Of a stretch of DNA of 64,000 nucleotides, positions 32,056 through 40,126 are shown piece by piece. The first letter of the stretch is position 1; the number at the start of each line of letters is the position of its first letter. The notes below the pieces were generated by a model that was not told where the DNA came from, ran no database searches, and was given only the letters and a program-made list of their open reading frames with translations. The translations under genes were made by a program, and so were the position numbers. The stretch comes from Escherichia phage vB_EcoM_G37-3. The DNA is taken from sequence record MK327941.1; one strand, 5' to 3'.

Positions 32056-33642
32056 ATGAAAACTACCAAAGAACTGATGGAAAAATGGTCCCCGCTGCTG
32101 GAGAACGAAAAACTGCCGGAAATCGCAACTGCGTCTAAGCAGAAACTGGTTGCTAAAATTCTGGAATCTCAGGAAGCGGATTTTGCTGTAGACCCGATCT
32201 ATAAGGATGAAAAAGTTGTTGAAGCATTCGGTGGCTTTATCGCAGAAGCCGAAGTTGCTGGCGACCACGGTTATGACGCATCTAATATCGCGGCTGGTCA
32301 GACTACCGGTGCAATCACCAACGTAGGTCCGGCTGTTATCGGTATGGTTCGCCGTGCTATCCCTAACCTGATCGCATTTGATATTTGTGGTGTTCAGCCG
32401 ATGAGCACTCCGACTAGCCAGATCTTTGCAATCCGTTCTGTATACGGTGGCGATCCGCTGAAATCTGGTGCTCGCGAAGCATTCCACCCGATGTATGCAC
32501 CTGATGCGTTCCATAGCTCTCTTGCTGCTAAAGGTGCAACCGTAGGTTCACCAACTGGTACTGCATTCGCTAAACTAACTCTTTCCCAGGCTATCGCTGC
32601 TGGTGATATCGTATATCACACCTTCGCAGAAACTGGTATTGCGTATCTGCAAAACGTAACTGGTGATTCTGTAACCCCTACCAAAGCAGGTCAAGAAACC
32701 GAAGACGAAACTGTTATGAAACTGATCGAAGAAGGTAAATTGGCTGAAATCGCTTATGGTATGGCTACTTCCATTGCCGAAATTCAGGAAGGCTTTAACG
32801 GTTCCAGCAATAACCCGTGGGCTGAAATGTCAATGCGTATTGACAAACAGGTTGTTGAAGCGAAATCTCGCCAACTGAAAGCCCGTTACTCTATCGAAGT
32901 TGCGCAGGATCTGCGTGCTGTACACGGTATGGATGCTGACGCTGAACTGAATGCTATCCTGGCTAACGAAGTTCTGCTGGAAATCAACCGTGAAATCGTT
33001 GACGTCATCAACTTTACCGCTCAGGTTGGTAAGACTGGTATGACTCAGACCGTTGGTTCTAAAGCTGGTGTATTTGACCTGCAAGACCCGATCGATACTC
33101 GCGGTGCTCGTTGGGCTGGTGAATCCTTCAAATCTCTGATCTACCAGATCGACAAAGAAGCTGCTGAAATCGCTCGTCAGACTGGTCGCGGTGCGGGTAA
33201 CTTTGTTATCGCTTCCCGTAACGTTGTAAACATCCTGGCTTCTGCTGATCAGGGTATCAGTCTTGCTATGCAGGGTGCTGCAAAAGGTCTGAATACCGAC
33301 ACCACTAAAGCTGTTTTCGCTGGTGTTCTGGCTGGTAAGTACAAAGTGTTCATCGACCAGTATGCTCGTCAGGACTACTTCACTGTAGGTTACAAAGGCG
33401 ACAACGAAATGGATGCTGGTATCTACTATGCTCCGTATGTTGCTCTGACTCCGCTGCGTGCAACTGACCCGCAGTCTTTCCACCCGGTTCTGGGCTTCAA
33501 GACTCGCTATGGCATCGGTATTAACCCGTTTGCAGACAGCAAATCCCAGGCACCGTCCGCTCGCATCACCTCCGGTATGTTGAGCAAAGACAGCGTAGGT
33601 AAAAACGCATACTTCCGTCGTGTATGGGTTAAAGGTTGCTAA
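32056..33642 (+). CDS. 23: major capsid protein gp23
   Basis: 528 aa (T4 521); position and size. Confidence 0.95.
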   Translation: MKTTKELMEKWSPLLENEKLPEIATASKQKLVAKILESQEADFAVDPIYKDEKVVEAFGGFIAEAEVAGDHGYDASNIAAGQTTGAITNVGPAVIGMVRRAIPNLIAFDICGVQPMSTPTSQIFAIRSVYGGDPLKSGAREAFHPMYAPDAFHSSLAAKGATVGSPTGTAFAKLTLSQAIAAGDIVYHTFAETGIAYLQNVTGDSVTPTKAGQETEDETVMKLIEEGKLAEIAYGMATSIAEIQEGFNGSSNNPWAEMSMRIDKQVVEAKSRQLKARYSIEVAQDLRAVHGMDADAELNAILANEVLLEINREIVDVINFTAQVGKTGMTQTVGSKAGVFDLQDPIDTRGARWAGESFKSLIYQIDKEAAEIARQTGRGAGNFVIASRNVVNILASADQGISLAMQGAAKGLNTDTTKAVFAGVLAGKYKVFIDQYARQDYFTVGYKGDNEMDAGIYYAPYVALTPLRATDPQSFHPVLGFKTRYGIGINPFADSKSQAPSARITSGMLSKDSVGKNAYFRRVWVKGC

Positions 33643-33727
33643 TATAAGCCATTCCTGAAAAACTTCGGTCGGGTGCAATACCCGACTTATCATAAACCTT
33701 ATGACAGTGTAAAGTGTTAATTCCAAA

Positions 33728-33755
33728 GGGAAGACTCGAAAGGGTCTTCCCTTTT
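33728..33755 (+). terminator. rho-independent terminator after gene 23
   Basis: gggaagac-N8-gtcttccc followed by TTTT; a second hairpin gtcgggt-gcaat-acccgac lies at 33668-33686. Confidence 0.6.
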
Positions 33756-33771
33756 GCGTATTATATCCCGT

Positions 33772-33779
33772 TATAAATA
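33772..33779 (+). promoter_or_regulatory. late promoter motif TATAAATA in the 23-24 spacer
   Basis: Exact motif; no ORF immediately downstream. Confidence 0.4.
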
Positions 33780-34142
33780 AGGTTGCAAGCCTATATTCTA
33801 TTTGGAGCGAAAATAGATACACACAACAAAGACAGGAAGATGCAGAACATCGGTGGGTTGCGATCCTAAATCCGGTGGCTATGATATGTGATTGATTTTG
33901 ATGCGGGATTTATTAAAACACAACAAACAATTCCACCAATTTTCGTAGTAACTGCATGGCAAAGGACCAATGAATGAGATGAGCGTTCATGCTGTGATAT
34001 TGGGTCGGATAGATTTGGTAGATATACAGATCTGGTGTATGCCGACCTTGTTATGACATTCCAGCGTGACGCTAGCGGTAATTTTTTGGTTTTGGTACGC
34101 TGTTCCCTGAATTAACCCAAAATTCTCCATAAGGAGGAATGC

Positions 34143-34295
34143 ATGAGTAAGAAAGAAAACAGCTATGTTATGACTCGTAAGGAATACAACGAATTGATGT
34201 TAGCATTAGCTTATGCAATTATTCGTTCTGATCATGCAATTAATCTGGTAAACAAAGTTAACCGTAGCGTTGATAATGTTTCTAGGAAGAAGTAA
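34143..34295 (+). CDS. hypothetical small protein (50 aa)
   Basis: AAGGAGG SD 6 nt upstream of ATG; MSKKENSYVMTRKEYNELML...; below the ORF-track length cutoff. Confidence 0.5.
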   Translation: MSKKENSYVMTRKEYNELMLALAYAIIRSDHAINLVNKVNRSVDNVSRKK

Positions 34296-34334
34296 GTTTA
34301 TTTTTGGAATCCTTTGGATTCCTTTTTCTTTTTG

Positions 34335-34342
34335 TATAAATA
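34335..34342 (+). promoter_or_regulatory. late promoter motif TATAAATA upstream of gene 24
   Basis: Exact motif about 38 nt upstream of ATG 34380; preceded by hairpin ggaatcc-ttt-ggattcc. Confidence 0.55.
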
Positions 34343-34379
34343 TGATATATCCATTAAGGCAAATACAGGATTCATAAAC

Positions 34380-35621
34380 ATGACTCATATTTTTACTGAA
34401 CTGTTGCGGGAATCTACTTCCTCAGTAGCTAACCAGACAGCGCGACCGCAACTATTATCATTAACTCGCGCGGTAAACAACCTGATTTTCTCTGATCTGG
34501 TAGCAATCCAGCCAACGGATCAACCAGTATCTGCATTGTACGGCCTACGTTATCTTAATCATGATGGTCAGATGACTTTCCGAACTGCTGCAACCTACGG
34601 TGGCGCGGTTGGTGATCGCACAGAGATTGAAGAGTTTTCAAAAGAAAAATCTTATGACGAAGGCGCACTATTCAAATCAGGCGATGTTGTATACGAAGTT
34701 GTGACCGCTGGTACAGTCGGTGAAGATGCCGAAACTCCAGAAGCTGCGATCTTTAAAGGCGTAATGACAAACAAAATTCGTTTCTATAGCGATTGTGCAT
34801 CGGTAGAATACTTTGAAGATAAAAACACCGAAATTGCGTCTACCTCTATGCAGTTTGACAAGTGGCAAGTTAATGTAGGTTCTCGTAAACTGAAAACCTC
34901 GTTCACCACTGAATTAATGCAGGATCTTGAGGCAAGCCAAATCAACTCTGAAAACTCTGTAATTGATCTTCTGGCTACTGTTGCTTCCGAAGAGATCAAC
35001 AAAGATATTATTCAGAAGTTGATCACTGTATCATCTCGCTATAAAATTAAAGGGATCACCCCTGATGGCGTACTTTCTCTCGTTAGCGTTCAGGATGCAC
35101 CAACACAAGCGCGTGAACTTTACCGCTATGCTTGCGAGATGAGCAATCAAATGTTGCGGACTTCCTCCTTTGCTGGTACATACGTTTTGGCGTCTTCTCG
35201 CGTGGTTGGCCTCCTGCAATCATCCGGTTGGATGGAAGAAACCGACAATGCTCTAAGCGAAGGTCGTCTGCGTTGCGGTCTGGAAGTGTACGCAGACACG
35301 ACAACACCTTTCGATTATATGCTCGTTGGTTGTAAGCACATGATCGGTGATATGGAGAGTGTAGGTTCTCTGTTCTACTCCCCATATACAGAAGCCGACG
35401 GCGCTGGCGCGTATAAGAGCGTAATTGACCCTAATAGCTTCCAGCATCATGTAGCTATTATGAATCGTTATTCACTCTCTGTCAACCCATACACATCAAA
35501 AGTTGATCAGGAAGAACACCAGGTCATCAAGGGTGACGATTGGGGTAAAATGGCTGGGCGTTCAGAAATGTCCTACATTTTAGGAATCGAACTGCCACCG
35601 CTTGAGATTGACAACGCTTAA
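34380..35621 (+). CDS. 24: capsid vertex protein gp24
   Basis: Start at ATG 34380 (MTHIFTELLRESTSS..), which resembles T4 gp24 N-terminus; track start 34314 lies upstream of the late promoter. Confidence 0.85.
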   Translation: MTHIFTELLRESTSSVANQTARPQLLSLTRAVNNLIFSDLVAIQPTDQPVSALYGLRYLNHDGQMTFRTAATYGGAVGDRTEIEEFSKEKSYDEGALFKSGDVVYEVVTAGTVGEDAETPEAAIFKGVMTNKIRFYSDCASVEYFEDKNTEIASTSMQFDKWQVNVGSRKLKTSFTTELMQDLEASQINSENSVIDLLATVASEEINKDIIQKLITVSSRYKIKGITPDGVLSLVSVQDAPTQARELYRYACEMSNQMLRTSSFAGTYVLASSRVVGLLQSSGWMEETDNALSEGRLRCGLEVYADTTTPFDYMLVGCKHMIGDMESVGSLFYSPYTEADGAGAYKSVIDPNSFQHHVAIMNRYSLSVNPYTSKVDQEEHQVIKGDDWGKMAGRSEMSYILGIELPPLEIDNA

Positions 35622-36209
35622 CTAAATATCTAACCAAGACAAGTCAGATCCGCCAAAGATTTTTTCGACGGCGGATCTATTTTCTTGATGATATAAGTTA
35701 AAACATGGTATCCCATGTCTACGGGCAACATAAACAGCAATTCGAGTTCCTCCCGAAACGATTCCATTAACTTCTTTCGCCCAGAATATCACACAATCTA
35801 CAGGGTCATCAAGTGTCTCACCTAAGACTTGAGCGACATTTCTAGAAAACAGATTTTGCATGTATAACGGTATAGAACGAGGATTATCATAAACGTGTTC
35901 TAATTCATCCATCGCCAGATTTTTTTGTTCTAAGGTTTGCCATGCAATCACATCATGACCGTTATGCTTGTGGTCATAAAACTTCCAATTTGGAATGAAA
36001 ATTTTTCTATAATCTGGATCGTAATACTTCATGAAAGCATTGTCCATACCGTAAGCCCCTCCAGAATGCGCTACAACGCGATTTTCTGACAATACCCTCC
36101 CAATGGTACTAGCCATTATCAAAATGTCGCTAGGCGCTTTTCTAGAGCCGATTAAAGCACATCTACGAAGTGGTTTTACTCCAAATAGATCTTGTAACTG
36201 GTCAAACAT
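35622..36209 (-). CDS. DprA/Smf-like Rossmann-fold (SLOG) protein
   Basis: 195 aa; LIGSRKAPSD..VVAHSGGAYGMDNA and GIVSGGTRIAVYVARRHGIPCFNL resemble DprA core; GGAGGA SD; convergent with gene 24. Confidence 0.5.
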   Translation of the reverse strand: MFDQLQDLFGVKPLRRCALIGSRKAPSDILIMASTIGRVLSENRVVAHSGGAYGMDNAFMKYYDPDYRKIFIPNWKFYDHKHNGHDVIAWQTLEQKNLAMDELEHVYDNPRSIPLYMQNLFSRNVAQVLGETLDDPVDCVIFWAKEVNGIVSGGTRIAVYVARRHGIPCFNLYHQENRSAVEKIFGGSDLSWLDI

Positions 36210-36361
36210 AATATTTCCTCCATAGAAAGCAATATCATACTACAAGTTAATAACAAATACAAGTATCCGCGTAGCGGAAGCGAGCACAGCGAGCAATAAA
36301 ACACTTCCAGTAATTGATTAATAAATGTTCGAAACAAATTTTTATTATTCTATAAGATAAG

Positions 36362-36387
36362 TCTTCGTTTTGATCATAATTTAATCA
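36362..36387. repeat. 26-bp direct repeat copy 1 (tcttcgttttgatcataatttaatca)
   Basis: Exact match to copy at 36511-36536. Confidence 0.7.
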
Positions 36388-36510
36388 TACATGTAAAAAC
36401 TACACAAAAGGATATCGCTTCGCGAACTCCTACGGAGTATAACATTTGTGTTACAATATGTAGTGATTAATAATTAACCAAAGATACATTTTCTATGTTC
36501 TAAAGATCTT

Positions 36511-36536
36511 TCTTCGTTTTGATCATAATTTAATCA
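36511..36536. repeat. 26-bp direct repeat copy 2
   Basis: Exact match to copy at 36362-36387; both within an ORF-free AT-rich spacer. Confidence 0.7.
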
Positions 36537-36588
36537 AACAGTATTAATATTGTGCACATGTAAACTAAAATTATGTTAATAACAGATA

Positions 36589-36616
36589 CAAAAAAGCCGC
36601 CCCGAAGGACGGCTAA
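36589..36616 (-). terminator. rho-independent terminator after reverse gene 36623..37060
   Basis: Reverse strand agccgtcc-ttcg-gggcggct then U-run. Confidence 0.6.
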
Positions 36617-36622
36617 TGTTAA

Positions 36623-37060
36623 TTATTTGTTGATAACGATCTGATTTCGGCGAATGGTAACATTACTCTTAGAGATGATCAGATCATCCGGCACTACGTT
36701 AGTTTTGTATGGTTGGAAGCGAACAAGCATCTGATTGCGTTTAGACCCTTCCTTAATCTTGATTTCCATCTGAATATTGTTGCCTACGTGAGCAACCGCA
36801 ATTTCACCTTTATTCTCATAGACCCACTTGCTGGTAACGTCTCCAGCAAAAGCCTTAATAACTTGCAATGCTTCGTCGTATGCGGTAGAGCTGTGAACTT
36901 TCAGAAGGCCAGCCGTAGCAAGACGGGAGCAGGTGATCGCCGGAGATTGCCAAACATCAACATTAATTTGCTCAATCAGAGTAACACCGCCCTGGTCAAC
37001 TGCTTTGAATGCTTCAAACATTGTCTTTTTCATTGCTACGTGGTTTTTACGGAATTTCAT
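36623..37060 (-). CDS. hypothetical protein (145 aa)
   Basis: ORF track; GAGGTG SD upstream of ATG 37060. Confidence 0.6.
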   Translation of the reverse strand: MKFRKNHVAMKKTMFEAFKAVDQGGVTLIEQINVDVWQSPAITCSRLATAGLLKVHSSTAYDEALQVIKAFAGDVTSKWVYENKGEIAVAHVGNNIQMEIKIKEGSKRNQMLVRFQPYKTNVVPDDLIISKSNVTIRRNQIVINK

Positions 37061-37106
37061 AATTAGTCACCTCTATTGATTAGTTATTCAGAATATTAAT
37101 TACAAA

Positions 37107-37382
37107 TCAGGACATTGCCCGTTTGAATGCGTCCATTATAACAGTGTTATTTGGCTTGTCAACACGTTTTTGAACTTTATTTTTAAATTTTTTGTTGATG
37201 TGGTGTTTACGATAAACAACCTTTTCACGGTTGGCGTAAGCCTCTCGTGCATCTTTTACCATCAACCATGCCTTAGCCGCATCTTGTCCGCTGATCCCGC
37301 CAATCTTCTTAGCAATATCAACAAAATTAAGACCGTGGTCTTCGCGTAGCATGTAAACCATTAACGCTGTTTTCTTGTCCAT
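37107..37382 (-). CDS. hypothetical protein with HTH-like segment (91 aa from internal Met)
   Basis: Track ORF 37107..37490; start preferred at ATG 37382 (MDKKTALMV..) to avoid a 108-nt overlap with the upstream ORF; LNFVDIAKKIGGISGQDAAKAW is HTH-like. Confidence 0.5.
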   Translation of the reverse strand: MDKKTALMVYMLREDHGLNFVDIAKKIGGISGQDAAKAWLMVKDAREAYANREKVVYRKHHINKKFKNKVQKRVDKPNNTVIMDAFKRAMS

Positions 37383-37579
37383 CACTTCGCCCCATTGACG
37401 ATTAACAGGATAGTGATCAGCACCGGAAACTGGATCATGATAGTGCCAATAAACCGGATAAATGCATTTTCTGACTTCCACACATGACATGCGACTAGCT
37501 GATAGACCATTGTTGAAACCAGAACTAGGATATAAACCGAAAGCGGTGTAACTTCGATTAGTCGGGAAATCTCATTCAT
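37382..37579 (-). CDS. small hydrophobic (membrane) protein, 65 aa
   Basis: ORF track; GAGGTG SD; two hydrophobic stretches. Confidence 0.45.
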   Translation of the reverse strand: MNEISRLIEVTPLSVYILVLVSTMVYQLVACHVWKSENAFIRFIGTIMIQFPVLITILLIVNGAK

Positions 37580-37706
37580 ACTTCACCTCATACATTCATA
37601 AACACAACAACGAATAATACAGTAACAGTTATCAACGCCATTTTCAACCCCATATTCATAATATTTTCTTCGCCTCACTATGGACAGTAGCAGGTCGATG
37701 CGTGCC

Positions 37707-37734
37707 ATTATAGGCATCTAAATCGCTCTGTCAA
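37707..37734 (-). promoter_or_regulatory. sigma70-type promoter (reverse strand) TTGACA-N16-TATAAT
   Basis: Reverse complement of tgtcaa (37729-37734) and attata (37707-37712). Confidence 0.5.
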
Positions 37735-37744
37735 GCACAAAAAC

Positions 37745-37768
37745 AAAAAGCCACCCCGAAGGATGGCT
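37745..37768 (-). terminator. rho-independent terminator after hoc
   Basis: Reverse strand agccatcc-ttcg-gggtggct followed by U-run. Confidence 0.55.
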
Positions 37769-37779
37769 GATAGATTTCA

Positions 37780-38990
37780 TTAAGCAGGATGCGTTTCACG
37801 AATGCGTAGAACTCGCTCTAACGTCGCTCGGTCCAGCTTATGTAACTCTTTGGAATGATACATGAAACCATTGCGAGATTCCATGCAAGTGCAATCACTA
37901 TATTTTTCTTCCGCTGCCGCGATCGTCTCCAGATCTTTGGCGTACTTGCTGGTTGAATAAACTTCTCGATCACGCCACTCTAACCCAGCCTCATTGAATT
38001 TAACAATCTCGTCAAATACCCACCATCCAATGTAGATAAATGAAGTTTTGCGCCACGGGATCGGGTGTACGTAACGAAACATTTTAACAACTTCCATTGA
38101 ACATTTTCGGCTTGTACTTGCTGCAACTTCTACTGTTTCATCTTCGATCTGTTGATATAGTTTAGCAACACACCAGAATTTGGCTGTGTCATCGTAAGTA
38201 GCACTCTCTTTGAACAGATGACCGTCTGGCATGATAGAAAATCCTTCCAGTGCTTCGCCGACCTCACTACCGATTAGAGTCGGTGACGGTTGCCCTTCGC
38301 GCTGCAAATACCAGTTATATTTGATCGTCAATTAGGCATACCGCTAGAATCGCCTACAATGTCCTCTGACACAACATAATTAAGTGATATCTCATTACCT
38401 AGTGCCACGGTCTTTGATTCCACCACATCCTGATCTACGTTCATTGTTGCCAGCATGATTTTAGTCGATGCGCTAGCGGCTGAATCTTCCGACTCGCCCC
38501 ACTTTTACAGTATACACGCCGTTTTTATCTGCTGTAAATTCTTGGATCGTAATATCCTTTTTTGTGTCTATAACGTCATCGCCCTTACTCCAACTATAAT
38601 GTAGTTCATAGTTGTCTGCTGGAGTCTTCCCACCAGAAAAATTGACTGTTGCATGTAATTCTACGTCTGTTTGTGATGATACGTAGAATGCTGCGGTTCG
38701 GTGATATTTACGATTAATGCAGCTTCTTCCATGAGGAAAACTTCAGATTCTACTGATGTCATCGTATCGGTATCTTGTACCGTTACTTTATAGCTACCCG
38801 CATTTTCACTTGTTGCGTCTGCTACAGTTAGCGTAGCTGTGCTATTTTCATGCGGTTGGTCGTCTTTTGTCCATGTATATGTCAAATTGCTGGGTAATGG
38901 TTCGTCACCCGCTACAGTCGCCGTTAAGGTGAAACCATCTCCAGCAAGAAAACATCTTTTGTTAGATTGTATTGATACTGTGAAAGCCAT
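37780..38990 (-). pseudogene. hoc: hoc (outer capsid decoration protein) split over four reading-frame segments
   Basis: Track ORFs 38661..38990 (Ig-like: LTYTWTKDDQ..SYKVTV) and 37780..38331 (FRYVHPIPWRKTSFIYIGWWVFDEI..ESRNGF resembles T4 Hoc C-terminal capsid-binding domain); the 330-bp gap translates as further Ig-like segments in two other frames. Confidence 0.7.
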
Positions 38991-39085
38991 ATAAAGCCAC
39001 TCCCATCGAAAATCCGAATTTAATTAATTGAAATAGTTGATTGTCATCAACCAGATAACCATTGCGAGATTCCAATACATGAGTA

Positions 39086-39250
39086 TTAGAATAGTGATGC
39101 AACGAGGCCGAAATAGTATCGATCTCGTCTGGGTATTTGTTCTGCTATAAAGTCTGCTGTACTAACAACAATCTTTAACAGAAGTGGATGACCAACGGAG
39201 CCATAAACCGGATCTTCTGTTTGATGTAATACATTGATTTTGTTAGACAT
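39086..39250 (-). CDS. hypothetical small protein (54 aa from internal ATG)
   Basis: Track ORF 39086..39274; GGGAG SD before ATG 39250. Confidence 0.4.
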   Translation of the reverse strand: MSNKINVLHQTEDPVYGSVGHPLLLKIVVSTADFIAEQIPRRDRYYFGLVASLF

Positions 39251-39330
39251 GTAGTTCTCCCTTTTTAATTGCATAACGGAACTACAATTAAAATTATAAC
39301 AAATATTTCACAACTTTTATCACCCAAAAA

Positions 39331-40056
39331 TTACTTGAGTGTGTGGAATTGGCTATGTTTAGTCTCTCGCACCTTGACAGACCCATCGCGTTTGATATAA
39401 TAGATCAGTGACTTGAGGGTGTCGTGTACATACGCGTGTGGGAAACGCTCTGGATACTTCTTCCAATCTGGAGTATTAACGATCCAGTCGAAAATCCACC
39501 ACGGGCAGGAGTAGTAACCACGACCGCCACCGATCAAACAAATGGTTGGACGGAAACCAGTAAGATCGCAAAATGAATCAGTGTCATGTGCAGGAGAACG
39601 ATGTTCGGCTTCGTCAGAGAAAATGTTTGCTACCGGAGATTTCACTTTAACTTCCGGTGCTTCTTCAACATCTGACTTAACTTCTTCGACCACTGGTTCA
39701 ACTGCTGGAGATTCTTCTTTTGTTTCTTCAATGACGATCTCAGGTTCTTTCATTGCTTCAACCAGAGACGGATCAACTTCGTCGAATACTACTTTATCAT
39801 CTGCGGTGTCTGCTGCCAGAATAAGATCGTTAATACTGGTTCCTTCTGCCGGAGTTTCTTCTTCCATTTCGGAAGCCAGTTTAGTTAATTCGGTTTCTAC
39901 GAACTCGATCATGTTCTCTAGTGAGAACGTCTTTTTGACCTTAATATCAAATTGTTTTGCGTAGTCCGCTAATTCTGTTTTAGCGGTTTTCTGTGCTTCT
40001 TTGTCGTCGGACGCCGCAATAGCGCGGAGTTCTTCGAAATATTCTTTATCAAACAT
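39331..40056 (-). CDS. acidic protein at the T4 inh position (possible inhibitor of prohead protease)
   Basis: 241 aa; Glu-rich middle; position upstream of hoc as inh in T4 (from memory); identity not verified. Confidence 0.4.
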   Translation of the reverse strand: MFDKEYFEELRAIAASDDKEAQKTAKTELADYAKQFDIKVKKTFSLENMIEFVETELTKLASEMEEETPAEGTSINDLILAADTADDKVVFDEVDPSLVEAMKEPEIVIEETKEESPAVEPVVEEVKSDVEEAPEVKVKSPVANIFSDEAEHRSPAHDTDSFCDLTGFRPTICLIGGGRGYYSCPWWIFDWIVNTPDWKKYPERFPHAYVHDTLKSLIYYIKRDGSVKVRETKHSQFHTLK

Positions 40057-40082
40057 GTTATTCTCCTGATTGGGGGTGTTTG

Positions 40083-40090
40083 TATAAATA
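40083..40090 (+). promoter_or_regulatory. late promoter motif TATAAATA upstream of uvsW
   Basis: Exact motif about 37 nt upstream of ATG 40127. Confidence 0.5.
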
Positions 40091-40126
40091 TTTGTATACT
40101 GTATTTATTGAGTGAGGCTATTCGCT

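Noticed and set aside
32830-33822. 330-aa reverse-strand ORF
   Set aside because: Lies entirely antisense within major capsid gene 23; no independent signals.
33760-34140. tRNA or other structured RNA gene in the 23-24 spacer
   Set aside because: No T-loop (GTTCGAATC-like) or cloverleaf pattern recognisable by eye; left as unexplained spacer.
34314-34379. Track start 34314 for gene 24
   Set aside because: Upstream codons span the late promoter; ATG 34380 gives an N-terminus matching T4 gp24.
36210-36622. tRNA gene or CRISPR-like repeat in the AT-rich spacer
   Set aside because: Only two repeat copies, no tRNA motifs.
36713-37066. 117-aa forward ORF
   Set aside because: Antisense to reverse gene 36623..37060, which has SD and terminator support.
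39542-39964. 140-aa forward ORF
   Set aside because: Antisense to the acidic inh-like gene; Ser/Thr-rich low-complexity product.
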